Shown here: piece by piece, positions 53,036 through 64,000 of the stretch
Layout: each line of letters begins with the position of its first letter
How positions within the stretch are numbered: position 1 is the first letter of the stretch
NCBI GenBank assembly: GCA_964057225.1
Contig: OZ059900.1
Span: 19,716,001 to 19,780,000 of the forward strand
From: Auanema rhodensis
Taxonomy: Eukaryota; Animalia; Nematoda
DNA length: 64,000 nucleotides
Direction of reading: 5' to 3'
The notes under the pieces: generated by a model
What the model saw: only the letters and a program-made list of their open reading frames with translations
The model's database searches: none
What the model was told of the DNA's origin: nothing
Made by a program: the position numbers and the translations under genes

Positions 53036-56000
53036 GCATGAGTTTGAACACATGAAATCGTAAGTCAAAACCTTGTTTACAGCGAAAATTCCAAAAACTG
53101 GTTTTCCAGCATAATAAAATATTTCTCATGGGAAATACTGTGTTTTTGTATTTTTCTAGTGTTCAGCATGTAAAATGCTTCATTTCAGTATGTAACACGC
53201 TGAAATTCGTTGCATTTGACTACTCATATGAACAAAAATCGATTTAATCAATATTAGCCATAAGGGGCGTGCCCTCAGAATATGCTAATTTCCTTAATTT
53301 TCTAACCCCTGTTTTTTTGTCGTGAAAGTGGAACTAGACGTTGTACAAACAATTTTGAGCTAGGTTTTTATTGACATTGCATGAGTTTGAACACATGAAA
53401 TCGTAAGTCAAAACCTTGTTTACAGCGAAATTTCCAAAAACTGGTTTTCCAGCATAATAAAATATTTCTCATGGGAAATACTGTGTTTTTGTATTTTTCT
53501 ACTGTTCAGCATGTAAAATGTTTCATTTTAGTATTTAACACGCTGAAATTCGTTGCATTTGACGACTCATATGAACAAAAATCGATTTAATCAATATTAG
53601 CCATAAGGGGCGTGCCCTCAGAATATGCTAATTTCCTTAATTTTCTAACCCCTGTTTTTTTGTCGTGAAAGTGGAAACAGACGTTGTACAAACAATTTTG
53701 AGCTAGGTTTCATTGACATTGCATGAGTTTGAACACATGAAATCGTAAGTCAAAACCTTGTTTACAGCGAAATTTCCAAAAACTGGTTTTCCAGCATAAT
53801 AAAATATTTCTCATGAGAAATACTGTGTTTTTGTATTTTTCTAGTGTTCAGCATGTAAAATGCTTCATTTTAGTATGTAACACGATGAAATTCGTTGCAT
53901 TTGTCGACTCATATGAACAAAAATCGATTTAATCAATATTAGCCATAAGGGGCGTGCCCTCAGAATATGCTAATTTCATTAATTTTCTAACCCCTGTTTT
54001 TTTGTCGTGAAAGTGGAACTAGACGTTGTAGGAACAATTTTGAGCTAGGTTTCATTGACATTGCATGAGTTTGAACACATGAAATCGTAAGTCAAAACCT
54101 TGTTTACAGCGAAATTTCCAAAAACTGGTTTTCCAGCATAATAAAATATTTCTCATGGGAAATACTGTGTTTTTGTATTTTTCTAGTGTTCAGCATGTGA
54201 AATGCTTCATTTTAGTATGTAACACGCTGAAATTCGTTGCATTTGACGACTCATATGAACAAAAATCGATTTAATCAATATTAGCCATAAGGGGCGTGCC
54301 CTCAGAATATGCTAATTTCCTTAATTTTCTAACCCCTGTTTTTTTGTCGTGAAAGTGGAAACAGACGTTGTACAAACAATTTTGAGCTAGGTTTCATTGA
54401 CATTGCATGAGTTTGAACACATGAAATCGTAAGTCAAAACCTTGTTTACAGCGAAATTTCCAAAAACTGGTTTTCCAGCATAATAAAATATTTCTCATGA
54501 GAAATACTGTGTTTTTGTATTTTTCTAGTGTTCAGCATGTAAAATGCTTCATTTTAGTATGTAACACGATGAAATTCGTTGCATTTGACGACTCATATGA
54601 ACAAAAATCGATTTAATCAATATTAGCCATAAGGGGCGTGCCCTCAGAATATGCTAATTTCATTAATTTTCTAACCCCTGTTTTTTTGTCGTGAAAGTGG
54701 AACTAGACGTTGTAGGAACAATTTTGAGCTAGGTTTCATTGACATTGCATGAGTTTGAACACATGAAAGCGTAAGTCAAAACCTTGTTTACAGCGAAATT
54801 TCCAAAAACTGGTTTTCCAGCATAATAAAATATTTCTCATGGGAAATACTGTGTTTTTGTATTTTTCTAGTGTTCAGCATGTAAAATGCTTCATTTTAGT
54901 ATGTAACACGCTGAAATTCGTTGCATTTGACGACTCATATGAACAAAAATCGATTTAATCAATATTAGCCATAAGGGGCGTGCCCTCAGAATATGCTAAT
55001 TTCCTTAATTTTCTAACCCCTGTTTTTTTGTCGTGAAAGTGGAAACAGACGTTGTAGGAACAATTTTGAGCTAGGTTTCATTGACATTGCATGAGTTTGA
55101 ACACATGAAATCGTAAGTCAAAACCTTGTTTACAGCGAAATTTCCAAAAACTGGTTTTCCAGCATAATAAAATATTTCTCATGAGAAATACTGTGTTTTT
55201 GTATTTTTCTAGTGTTCAGCATGTAAAATGCTTCATTTTAGTATGTAACACGATGAAATTCGTTGCATTTGACGACTCATATGAACAAAAATCGATTTAA
55301 TCAATATTAGCCATAAGGGGCGTGCCCTCAGAATATGCTAATTTCATTAATTTTCTAACCCCTGTTTTTTTGTCGTGAAAGTGGAACTAGACGTTGTAGG
55401 AACAATTTTGAGCTAGGTTTCATTGACATTGCATGAGTTTGAACACATGAAATCGTAAGTCAAAACCTTGTTTACAGCGAAATTTCCAAAAACTGGTTTT
55501 CCAGCATAATAAAATATTTCTCATGGGAAATACTGTGTTTTTGTATTTTTCTAGTGTTCAGCATGTAAAATGCTTCATTTTAGTATGTAACACGCTGAAA
55601 TTCGTTGCATTTGACGACTCATATGAACAAAAATCGATTTAATCAATATTAGCCATAAGGGGCGTGCCCTTAGAATATGCTAATTTCCTTAATTTTCTAA
55701 CCCCGGTTTTTTTGTCGTGAAAGTGGAATTAGACGTTGTAGGAACAATTTTGAGCTAGGTTTCATTGACATTGCATGAGTTTGAACACATGAAATCGTAA
55801 GTCAAAACCTTGTTTACAGCGAAATTTCCAAAAACTGGTTTTCCAGCATAATAAAATATTTCTCATGGGAAATACTGTGTTTTTGTATTTTTCTAGTGTT
55901 CAGCATGTAAAATGTTTCATTTTAGTATGTAACACGCTGAAATTCGTTGCATTTGACGACTCATATGAACAAAAATCGATTTAATCAATATTAGCCATAA

Positions 56001-59000
56001 GGGGCGTGCCCTTAGAATATGCTAATTTCCTTAATTTTCTAACCCCGGTTTTTTTGTCGTGAAAGTGGAATTAGACGTTGTAGGAACAATTTTGAGCTAG
56101 GTTTCATTGACATTGCATGAGTTTGAACACATGAAATCATAAGTCAAAACCTTGTTTACAGCGAAATTTCCAAAAACTGGTTTTCCAGCATAATAAAATA
56201 TTTCTCATGGGAAATACTGTGTTTTTGTATTTTTCTAGTGTTCAGCATGTAAAATGCTTCATTTTAGTATGTAACACGCTGAAATTCGTTGCATTTGACT
56301 ACTCATATGAACAAAAATCGATTTAATCAATATTAGCCATAAGGGGCGTGCCCTCAGAATATGCTAATTTCCTTAATTTTCTAACCCCTGTTTTTTTGTC
56401 GTGAAAGTGGAACTAGACGTTGTACAAACAATTTTGAGCTAGGTTTCATTGACATTGCATGAGTTTGAACACATGAAATCGTAAGTCAAAACCTTGTTTA
56501 CAGCGAAATTTCCAAAAACTGGTTTTCCAGCATAATAAAATATTTCTCATGAGAAATACTGTGTTTTTGTATTTTTCTAGTGTTCAGCATGTAAAATGCT
56601 TCATTTTAGTATGTAACACGATGAAATTCGTTGCATTTGACGACTCATATGAACAAAAATCGATTTAATCAATATTAGCCATAAGGGGCGTGCCCTCAGA
56701 ATATGCTAATTTCATTAATTTTCTAACCCCTGTTTTTTTGTCGTGAAAGTGGAACTAGACGTTGTAGGAACAATTTTGAGCTAGGTTTCATTGACATTGC
56801 ATGAGTTTGAACACATGAAATCGTAAGTCAAAACCTTGTTTACAGCGAAATTTCCAAAAACTGGTTTTCCAGCATAATAAAATATTTCTCATGGGAAATA
56901 CTGTGTTTTTGTATTTTTCTAGTGTTCAGCATGTAAAATGCTTCATTTTAGTATGTAACACGCTGAAATTCGTTGCATTTGACGACTCATATGAACAAAA
57001 ATCGATTTAATCAATATTAGCCATAAGGGGCGTGCCCTCAGAATATGCTAATTTCCTTAATTTTCTAACCCCTGTTTTTTTGTCGTGAAAGTGGAACTAG
57101 ACGTTGTACAAACAATTTTGAGCTAGGTTTCATTGACATTGCATGAGTTTGAACACATGAAATCGTAAGTCAAAACCTTGTTTACAGCGAAATTTCCAAA
57201 AACTGGTTTTCCAGCATAATAAAATATTTCTCATGAGAAATACTGTGTTTTTGTATTTTTCTAGTGTTCAGCATGTAAAATGCTTCATTTTAGTATGTAA
57301 CACGCTGAAATTCGTTGCATTTGACGACTCATATGAACAAAAATCGATTTAATCAATATTAGCCATAAGGGGCGTGCCCTCAGAATATGCTAATTTCCTT
57401 AATTTTCTAACCCCTGTTTTTTTGTCGTGAAAGTGGAACTAGACGTTGTAGGAACAATTTTGAGCTAGGTTTCATTGACATTGCATGAGTTTGAACACAT
57501 GAAATCGTAAGTCAAAACCTTGTTTACAGCGAAATTTCCAAAAACTGGTTTTCCAGCATAATAAAATATTTCTCATGGGAAATACTGTGTTTTTGTATTT
57601 TTCTAGTGTTCAGCATGTGAAATGCTTCATTTTAGTATGTAACACGCTGAAATTCGTTGCATTTGACGACTCATATGAACAAAAATCGATTTAATCAATA
57701 TTAGCCATAAGGGGCGTGCCCTCAGAATATGCTAATTTCCTTAATTTTCTAACCCCTGTTTTTTTGTCGTGAAAGTGGAAACAGACGTTGTAGGAACAAT
57801 TTTGAGCTAGGTTTCATTGACATTGCATGAGTTTGAACACATGAAATCGTAAGTCAAAACCTTGTTTACAGCGAAATTTCCAAAAACTGGTTTTCCAGCA
57901 TAATAAAATATTTCTCATGAGAAATACTGTGTTTTTGTATTTTTCTAGTGTTCAGCATGTAAAATGCTTCATTTTAGTATGTAACACGCTGAAATTCGTT
58001 GCATTTGACGACTCATATGAACAAAAATCGATTTAATCAATATTAGCCATAAGGGGCGTGCCCTCAGAATATGCTAATTTCCTTAATTTTCTAACCCCTG
58101 TTTTTTTGTCGTGAATGTGGAACTAGACGTTGTAGGAACAATTTTGAGCTAGGTTTCATTGACATTGCATGAGTTTGAACACATGAAATCGTAAGTCAAA
58201 ACCTTGTTTACAGCGAAATTTCCAAAAACTGGTTTTCCAGCATAATAAAATATTTCTCATGGGAAATACTGTGTTTTTGTATTTTTCTAGTGTTCAGCAT
58301 GTGAAATGCTTCATTTTAGTATGTAACACGCTGAAATTCGTTGCATTTGACGACTCATATGAACAAAAATCGATTTAATCAATATTAGCCATAAGGGGCG
58401 TGCCCTCAGAATATGCTAATTTCCTTAATTTTCTAACCCCTGTTTTTTTGTCGTGAAAGTGGAAACAGACGTTGTAGGAACAATTTTGAGCTAGGTTTCA
58501 TTGACATTGCATGAGTTTGAACACATGAAATCGTAAGTCAAAACCTTGTTTACAGCGAAATTTCCAAAAACTGGTTTTCCAGCATAATAAAATATTTCTC
58601 ATGAGAAATACTGTGTTTTTGTATTTTTCTAGTGTTCAGCATGTAAAATGGTTCATTTTAGTATGTAACACGATGAAATTCGTTGCATTTGACGACTCAT
58701 ATGAACAAAAATCGATTTAATCAATATTAGCCATAAGGGGCGTGCCCTCAGAATATGCTAATTTCATTAATTTTCTAACCCCTGTTTTTTTGTCGTGAAA
58801 GTGGAACTAGACGTTGTAGGAACAATTTTGAGCTAGGTTTCATTGACATTGCATGAGTTTGAACACATGAAATCGTAAGTCAAAACCTTGTTTACAGCGA
58901 AATTTCCAAAAACTGGTTTTCCAGCATAATAAAATATTTCTCATGGGAAATACTGTGTTTTTGTATTTTTCTAGTGTTCAGCATGTAAAATGCTTCATTT

Positions 59001-59182
59001 TAGTATGTAACACGCTGAAATTCGTTGCATTTGACGACTCATATGAACAAAAATCGATTTAATCAATATTAGCCATAAGGGGCGTGCCCTCAGAATATGC
59101 TAATTTCCTTAATTTTCTAACCCCTGTTTTTTTGTCGTGAAAGTGGAACTAGACGTTGTAGGAACAATTTTGAGCTAGGTTT

Positions 59183-62100
59183 CATTGACATTGCATGAGT
59201 TTGAACACATGAAATCGTAAGTCAAAACCTTGTTTACAGCGAAATTTCCAAAAACTGGTTTTCCAGCATAATAAAATATTTCTCATGAGAAATACTGTGT
59301 TTTTGTATTTTTCTAGTGTTCAGCATGTAAAATGCTTCATTTTAGTATGTAACACGCTGAAATTCGTTGCATTTGACGACTCATATGAACAAAAATCGAT
59401 TTAATCAATATTAGCCATAAGGGGCGTGCCCTCAGAATATGCTAATTTCCTTAATTTTCTAACCCCGGTTTTTTTGTCGTGAAAGTGGAACTAGACGTTG
59501 TAGGAACAATTTTGAGCTAGGTTTCATTGACATTGCATGAGTTTGAACACATGAAATCGTAAGTCAAAACCTTGTTTACAGCGAAATTTCCAAAAACTGG
59601 TTTTCCAGCATAATAAAATATTTCTCATGGGAAATACTGTGTTTTTGTATTTTTCTAGTGTTCAGCATGTAAAATGCTTCATTTTAGTATGTAACACGCT
59701 GAAATTCGTTGCATTTGACTACTCATATGAACAAAAATCGATTTAATCAATATTAGCCATAAGGGGCGTGCCCTCAGAATATGCTAATTTCCTTAATTTT
59801 CTAACCCCTGTTTTTTTGTCGTGAAAGTGGAACTAGACGTTGTAGGAACAATTTTGAGCTAGGTTTCATTGACATTGCATGAGTTTGAACACATGAAATC
59901 GTAAGTCAAAACCTTGTTTACAGCGAAATTTCCAAAAACTGGTTTTCCAGCATAATAAAATATTTCTCATGGGAAATACTGTGTTTTTGTATTTTTCTAG
60001 TGTTCAGCATGTGAAATGCTTCATTTTAGTATGTAACACGCTGAAATTCGTTGCATTTGACTACTCATATGAACAAAAATCGATTTAATCAATATTAGCC
60101 ATAAGGGGCGTGCCCTCAGAATATGCTAATTTCCTTAATTTTCTAACCCCTGTTTTTTTGTCGTGAAAGTGGAACTAGACGTTGTACAAACAATTTTGAG
60201 CTAGGTTTCATTGACATTGCATGAGTTTGAACACATGAAATCGTAAGTCAAAACCTTGTTTACAGCGAAATTTCCAAAAACTGGTTTTCCAGCATAATAA
60301 AATATTTCTCATGGGAAATACTGTGTTTTTGTATTTTTCTAGTGTTCAGCATGTGAAATGCTTCATTTTAGTATGTAACACGCTGAAATTCGTTGCATTT
60401 GACGACTCATATGAACAAAAATCGATTTAATCAATATTAGCCATAAGGGGCGTGCCCTCAGAATATGCTAATTTCCTTAATTTTCTAACCCCGGTTTTTT
60501 TGTCGTGAAAGTGGAATTAGACGTTGTAGGAACAATTTTGAGCTAGGTTTCATTGACATTGCATGAGTTTGAACACATGAAATCGTAAGTCAAAACCTTG
60601 TTTACAGCGAAATTTCCAAAAACTGGTTTTCCAGCATAATAAAATATTTCTCATGGGAAATACTGTGTTTTTGTATTTTTCTAGTGTTCAGCATGTAAAA
60701 TGCTTCATTTTAGTATGTAACACGCTGAAATTCGTTGCATTTGACTACTCATATGAACAAAAATCGATTTAATCAATATTAGCCATAAGGGGCGTGCCCT
60801 CAGAATATGCTAATTTCCTTAATTTTCTAACCCCTGTTTTTTTGTCGTGAAAGTGGAACTAGACGTTGTACAAACAATTTTGAGCTAGGTTTCATTGACA
60901 TTGCATGACTTTGAACACATGAAATCGTAAGTCAAAACCTTGTTTACAGCGAAATTTCCAAAAACTGGTTTTCCAGCATAATAAAATATTTCTCATGAGA
61001 AATACTGTGTTTTTGTATTTTTCTAGTGTTCAGCATGTAAAATGCTTCATTTTAGTATGTAACACGCTGAAATTCGTTGCATTTGACGACTCATATGAAC
61101 AAAAATCGATTTAATCAATATTAGCCATAAGGGGCGTGCCCTCAGAATATGCTAATTTCCTTAATTTTCTAACCCCGGTTTTTTTGTCGTGAAAGTGGAA
61201 CTAGACGTTGTAGGAACAATTTTGAGCTAGGTTTCATTGACATTGCATGAGTTTGAACACATGAAATCGTAAGTCAAAACCTTGTTTACAGCGAAATTTC
61301 CAAAAACTGGTTTTCCAGCATAATAAAATATTTCTCATGGGAAATACTGTGTTTTTGTATTTTTCTAGTGTTCAGCATGTAAAATGCTTCATTTTAGTAT
61401 GTAACACGCTGAAATTCGTTGCATTTGACTACTCATATGAACAAAAATCGATTTAATCAATATTAGCCATAAGGGGCGTGCCCTCAGAATATGCTAATTT
61501 CCTTAATTTTCTAACCCCTGTTTTTTTGTCGTGAAAGTGGAACTAGACGTTGTAGGAACAATTTTGAGCTAGGTTTCATTGACATTGCATGAGTTTGAAC
61601 ACATGAAATCGTAAGTCAAAACCTTGTTTACAGCGAAATTTCCAAAAACTGGTTTTCCAGCATAATAAAATATTTCTCATGGGAAATACTGTGTTTTTGT
61701 ATTTTTCTAGTGTTCAGCATGTGAAATGCTTCATTTTAGTATGTAACACGCTGAAATTCGTTGCATTTGACTACTCATATGAACAAAAATCGATTTAATC
61801 AATATTAGCCATAAGGGGCGTGCCCTCAGAATATGCTAATTTCCTTAATTTTCTAACCCCTGTTTTTTTGTCGTGAAAGTGGAACTAGACGTTGTAGGAA
61901 CAATTTTGAGCTAGGTTTCATTGACATTGCATGAGTTTGAACACATGAAATCGTAAGTCAAAACCTTGTTTACAGCGAAATTTCCAAAAACTGGTTTTCC
62001 AGCATAATAAAATATTTCTCATGGGAAATACTGTGTTTTTGTATTTTTCTAGTGTTCAGCATGTGAAATGCTTCATTTTAGTATGTAACACGCTGAAATT

Positions 62101-62600
62101 CGTTGCATTTGACGACTCATATGAACAAAAATCGATTTAATCAATATTAGCCATAAGGGGCGTGCCCTCAGAATATGCTAATTTCCTTAATTTTCTAACC
62201 CCGGTTTTTTTGTCGTGAAAGTGGAATTAGACGTTGTAGGAACAATTTTGAGCTAGGTTTCATTGACATTGCATGAGTTTGAACACATGAAATCGTAAGT
62301 CAAAACCTTGTTTACAGCGAAATTTCCAAAAACTGGTTTTCCAGCATAATAAAATATTTCTCATGGGAAATACTGTGTTTTTGTATTTTTCTAGTGTTCA
62401 GCATGTAAAATGTTTCATTTTAGTATGTAACACGCTGAAATTCGTTGCATTTGACGACTCATATGAACAAAAATCGATTTAATCAATATTAGCCATAAGG
62501 GGCGTGCCCTCAGAATATGCTAATTTCCTTAATTTTCTAACCCCTGTTTTTTTGTCGTGAAAGTGGAACTAGACGTTGTAGGAACAATTTTGAGCTAGGT
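59183..62600 (+). repeat. 5-monomer duplication (1710 bp)
   Basis: CCCCGG+GGAACTAG at ~59466/~61176 and CCCCGG+GGAATTAG at ~60491/~62201, with matching GACTACTC and CATGTGAAA monomers between them. The copies are not perfectly identical. Confidence 0.7.
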
Positions 62601-64000
62601 TTCATTGACATTGCATGAGTTTGAACACATGAAATCGTAAGTCAAAACCTTGTTTACAGCGAAATTTCCAAAAACTGGTTTTCCAGCATAATAAAATATT
62701 TCTCATGGGAAATACTGTGTTTTTGTATTTTTCTAGTGTTCAGCATGTAAAATGCTTCATTTTAGTATGTAACACGCTGAAATTCGTTGCATTTGACGAC
62801 TCATATGAACAAAAATCGATTTAATCAATATTAGCCATAAGGGGCGTGCCCTCAGAATATGCTAATTTCCTTAATTTTCTAACCCCTGTTTTTTTGTCGT
62901 GAAAGTGGAATTAGACGTTGTAGGAACAATTTTGAGCTAGGTTTCATTGACATTGCATGAGTTTGAACACATGAAATCGTAAGTCAAAACCTTGTTTACA
63001 GCGAAATTTCCAAAAACTGGTTTTCCAGCATAATAAAATATTTCTCATGGGAAATACTGTGTTTTTGTATTTTTCTAGTGTTCAGCATGTAAAATGCTTC
63101 ATTTTAGTATGTAACACGCTGAAATTCGTTGCATTTGACGACTCATATGAACAAAAATCGATTTAATCAATATTAGCCATAAGGGGCGTGCCCTCAGAAT
63201 ATGCTAATTTCCTTAATTTTCTAACCCCTGTTTTTTTGTCGTGAAAGTGGAACTAGACGTTGTAGGAACAATTTTGAGCTAGGTTTCATTGACATTGCAT
63301 GAGTTTGAACACATGAAATCGTAAGTCAAAACCTTGTTTACAGCGAAATTTCCAAAAACTGGTTTTCCAGCATAATAAAATATTTCTCATGGGAAATACT
63401 GTGTTTTTGTATTTTTCTAGTGTTCAGCATGTGAAATGCTTCATTTTAGTATGTAACACGCTGAAATTCGTTGCATTTGACGACTCATATGAACAAAAAT
63501 CGATTTAATCAATATAAGCCATAAAGGGCGTGCCCTCAGAATATGCTAATTTCCTTAATTTTCTAACCACTGTTTTTTTGTCGTGAAAGTGGAACTAGAC
63601 GTTGTAGGAACAATTTTGAGCTAGGTTTCATTGACATTGCATGAGTTTGAACACATGAAATCGTAAGTCAAAACCTTGTTTACAGCGAAATTTCCAAAAA
63701 CTGGTTTTCCAGCATAATAAAATATTTCTCATGGGAAATACTGTGTTTTTGTATTTTTCTAGTGTTCAGCATGTAAAATGCTTCATTTTAGTATGTAACA
63801 CGCTGAAATTCGTTGCATTTGACTACTCATATGAACAAAAATCGATTTAATCAATATTAGCCATAAGGGGCGTGCCCTCAGAATATGCTAATTTCCTTAA
63901 TTTTCTAACCCCTGTTTTTTTGTCGTGAAAGTGGAACTAGACGTTGTAGGAACAATTTTGAGCTAGGTTTCATTGACATTGCATGAGTTTGAACACATGA

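Larger units (their letters stand above)
1..64000. repeat. 342-bp AT-rich tandem satellite DNA array (~187 monomers), probably centromeric/pericentromeric; family not identified
   Basis: The unit GCATGAGTTTGAACACATGAAATCG...GGTTTCATTGACATT recurs at 1, 343, 1711, 3421, 5131, 6841 and onward, a period of 342. Monomers differ by only a few SNPs or by 1-2 bp in a T tract. No unique sequence is present. The centromeric location is an inference from size and homogeneity. Confidence 0.98.
38198..64000 (+). repeat. Forward-orientation satellite block 2 (~75 monomers)
   Basis: Resumes at ATATTAGCCATAAGGGG (monomer position 216) and runs to the window end. Enriched in the TGTAGGAAC variant. Confidence 0.97.

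Noticed and set aside
1-64000. CRISPR-like array
   Set aside because: There are no unique spacers. The whole 342-bp unit is repeated and no cas genes are present.

Overview
The whole 64 kb window is one AT-rich (~34% GC by hand count of the first unit), highly homogeneous tandem satellite with a 342-bp monomer (about 187 copies). It looks like a eukaryotic centromeric or pericentromeric array, but I cannot name the family or organism. There are no credible genes: both listed ORFs come from a single AAG>ATG substitution duplicated inside a 12-monomer block. The main structure is a ~16.9 kb inverted block (21310-38166) between two forward blocks. The left junction is blunt. The right junction carries two templated inserts. 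A microhomology-bounded 138-bp deletion at ~37489 coincides with a switch in variant haplotype and is probably a third junction. Two breakpoint ends map to the edges of an imperfect inverted repeat inside the monomer. Diagnostic SNPs show local block duplications of 3, 4, 5, 7, 11 and 12 monomers and an emerging A/B dimer. I found no novel coding system; the interesting biology is a readable record of satellite rearrangement and turnover.
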